This document shows, piece by piece, positions 30,888 through 32,000 of a DNA stretch of 32,000 nucleotides (position 1 is the stretch's first letter; each line of letters opens with the position of its first letter). The position numbers and the translations under genes are program-made. The stretch is from positions 5,580,001 to 5,612,000 of the forward strand of contig NZ_CP074694.1 in NCBI RefSeq assembly GCF_018398935.1, in the 5' to 3' direction. The notes below the pieces were generated by a model. That model was not told the DNA's origin. It was given only the letters and a program-made list of their open reading frames with translations, and did no database searches. The stretch comes from Telmatocola sphagniphila (lineage in GTDB: Bacteria; Planctomycetota; Planctomycetia; Gemmatales; Gemmataceae).

Positions 30888-32000
30888 ATGTCCTCCGAAC
30901 CACGATATTCCGACAACTTCGCCGAATGGTTGGAGACCGATGGTCTGGGCGGATTTGCTTCCGGAACCGTTAACGGTATTCGCACCCGCCGCTATCACGC
31001 ACTGTTGTTGACGGCTCTCACTCCGCCGACTGACCGCGTGGTCCTCGTCAACGGTTTCGAAGCCTGGGTGGAAACGCCCGGCGGGAGCTATCCGATAAGC
31101 TCCCAGCTGTACGGTCCGGAAATTGTTCATCCGACCGGGCGAAACCGGATACACTCTTTCGAGTCGGAGCCCTGGCCGCGCTGGGTCTATTTGTTGGAAG
31201 ACGGCACCCAGATCGAGCAGGAAATTTTTGTCGTCCGGGGATCGGCGACGACCGTTCTGCGCTGGCGACTGCTGGAAGGTTCGAAAGCCACCTTGTTCTT
31301 CCGGCCCTTGATCTCCGGTCGCGATTTTCACAACCTGCATCGTGAAAACCCCAACTTCAATTTCGAGGCACTGACCGAAACGGCGCGGGTGAGCTGGCAA
31401 CCTTACGAATCTCTGCCACGCATCTTTGCCTTGCACAATGGCGAATACGAACATCATCCCGACTGGTTCCGCAACTTCGTTTATGTGGCGGAGCGCGACC
31501 GGGGACTCGATAGTCAGGAGGATCTTGGCTCGCCGGGCACACTTCGCTGGGATATTTCCAAAAAATCGGCGAATTTGATTCTGACAACCGATTCTAAAGT
31601 GTCCCTGACCAAGGCCGTGTCGCTCCGGACTCGCGAAACCAAATACCGCACGGCTTTCGAATCCCCCTTGCATCGCTCGGCAGATCAGTTTCTGGTAAAG
31701 CGCGGCGAAGGTCAGACGATTATCGCCGGTTATCCCTGGTTCACCGATTGGGGCCGGGATACTTTTATTTCGATTCGCGGCTTAGGCCTGGCGACCGGAC
31801 GTTTTCAGGAAACCAAACAGATCCTGCTCGACTGGGCCGGGTTAATTTCCCAAGGAATGTTGCCCAACCGCTTCCTCGATCAACCGAATCAGGAGCCGGA
31901 ATACAATTCGGTCGATGCCTCCCTCTGGTACATCGTGGCGGTCGATGAGTTGCGGACGTCATGCAAAAAGAATTCGATTACCATTCCCAAGAAGGAACAG
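30888..32000 (+). CDS. Glycogen debranching enzyme family protein (amylo-alpha-1,6-glucosidase type), partial; continues past the window end
   Basis: Absent from the ORF track because no stop falls in the window. My own translation from the ATG at 30888 is stop-free for 371 codons: MSSEPRYSDNFAEWLETDGLGGFASGTVNGIRTRRYHALLL...QFLVKRGEGQTIIAGYPWFTDWGRDTFISIRGLGLATGRFQETKQILLDWAG...LPNRF...EYNSVDASLWYIVAV. The 'GGFASGTV.G..TRRYHGLL' and 'GYPWFTDWGRDTFISL.GL' blocks are hallmarks of the bacterial/archaeal GDE N- and C-domains. An in-frame GTG at 30876 is an alternative start. Confidence 0.85.
   Translation, partial: MSSEPRYSDNFAEWLETDGLGGFASGTVNGIRTRRYHALLLTALTPPTDRVVLVNGFEAWVETPGGSYPISSQLYGPEIVHPTGRNRIHSFESEPWPRWVYLLEDGTQIEQEIFVVRGSATTVLRWRLLEGSKATLFFRPLISGRDFHNLHRENPNFNFEALTETARVSWQPYESLPRIFALHNGEYEHHPDWFRNFVYVAERDRGLDSQEDLGSPGTLRWDISKKSANLILTTDSKVSLTKAVSLRTRETKYRTAFESPLHRSADQFLVKRGEGQTIIAGYPWFTDWGRDTFISIRGLGLATGRFQETKQILLDWAGLISQGMLPNRFLDQPNQEPEYNSVDASLWYIVAVDELRTSCKKNSITIPKKEQ

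Noticed and set aside
30846-31673. 275-aa minus-strand ORF, the longest ORF the track offers in this region
   Set aside because: It lies entirely antisense to a stop-free plus-strand frame (30888-32000) with unmistakable glycogen-debranching-enzyme motifs. Its own sequence is Arg/Gly/Pro-rich with no motif, which is typical of a shadow ORF opposite a GC3-rich gene.
1-32000. Scan for tRNA/rRNA genes, CRISPR arrays, IS elements, integrases, phage genes and toxin-antitoxin or defence modules
   Set aside because: By eye, no T-arm-like GGTTCGAATCC sequence occurs outside coding sequence. There are no regularly spaced direct repeats, and no transposase, integrase or nuclease-like ORFs. A covariance-model or HMM scan (tRNAscan-SE, Rfam, ISfinder, DefenseFinder) would be needed to exclude them formally.

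Overview
The window is moderately GC-rich chromosomal DNA, and I infer it comes from a member of the Planctomycetota. The grounds are a DUF1559 pseudopilin-like gene with a prepilin-type N-terminus and a stand-alone H4MPT-pathway mch gene. I support 27 protein-coding genes, two of which are partial at the window edges and missing from the ORF track. There is also one strong rho-independent terminator and a few weak regulatory or structural candidates. By eye I recognised no rRNA, tRNA, CRISPR array, transposase or integrase. Left third (1-13.4 kb): partial AAA+ ATPase, hisS, mch, a MoxR/DUF58/transglutaminase operon, a DUF1559 gene coupled to a zinc-ribbon membrane protein, BI-1/YccA, a DUF1571-like lipoprotein, an MBL hydrolase and a secreted protein. 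Centre (14.0-25.8 kb), the most interesting part: a seven-gene redox island. It combines a cytoplasmic HoxEFU-like NAD(P)H diaphorase (a fused NuoE-NuoF, plus a 900-aa HoxU-like / 2x cNMP-binding / four-cluster ferredoxin fusion) with an unassigned 5-TM protein carrying two Hx13H pairs (predicted di-heme b), a membrane-anchored 10-heme-motif cytochrome c and three paralogous exported 5-heme-motif cytochromes. No conventional catalytic or quinone-coupling subunit is present. I propose it is an undescribed NAD(P)H-to-periplasm transmembrane electron conduit gated by a nucleotide-type ligand; this is inference from gene content, spacing and predicted topology. Right third (25.8-32 kb): DUF2721, an FHA-GAF-HD-GYP signalling protein, TauE/SafE, DUF2237, YebC, DUF3307 and a partial glycogen-debranching-type enzyme. 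Many long ORFs in the track are antisense shadows of these genes and are rejected.
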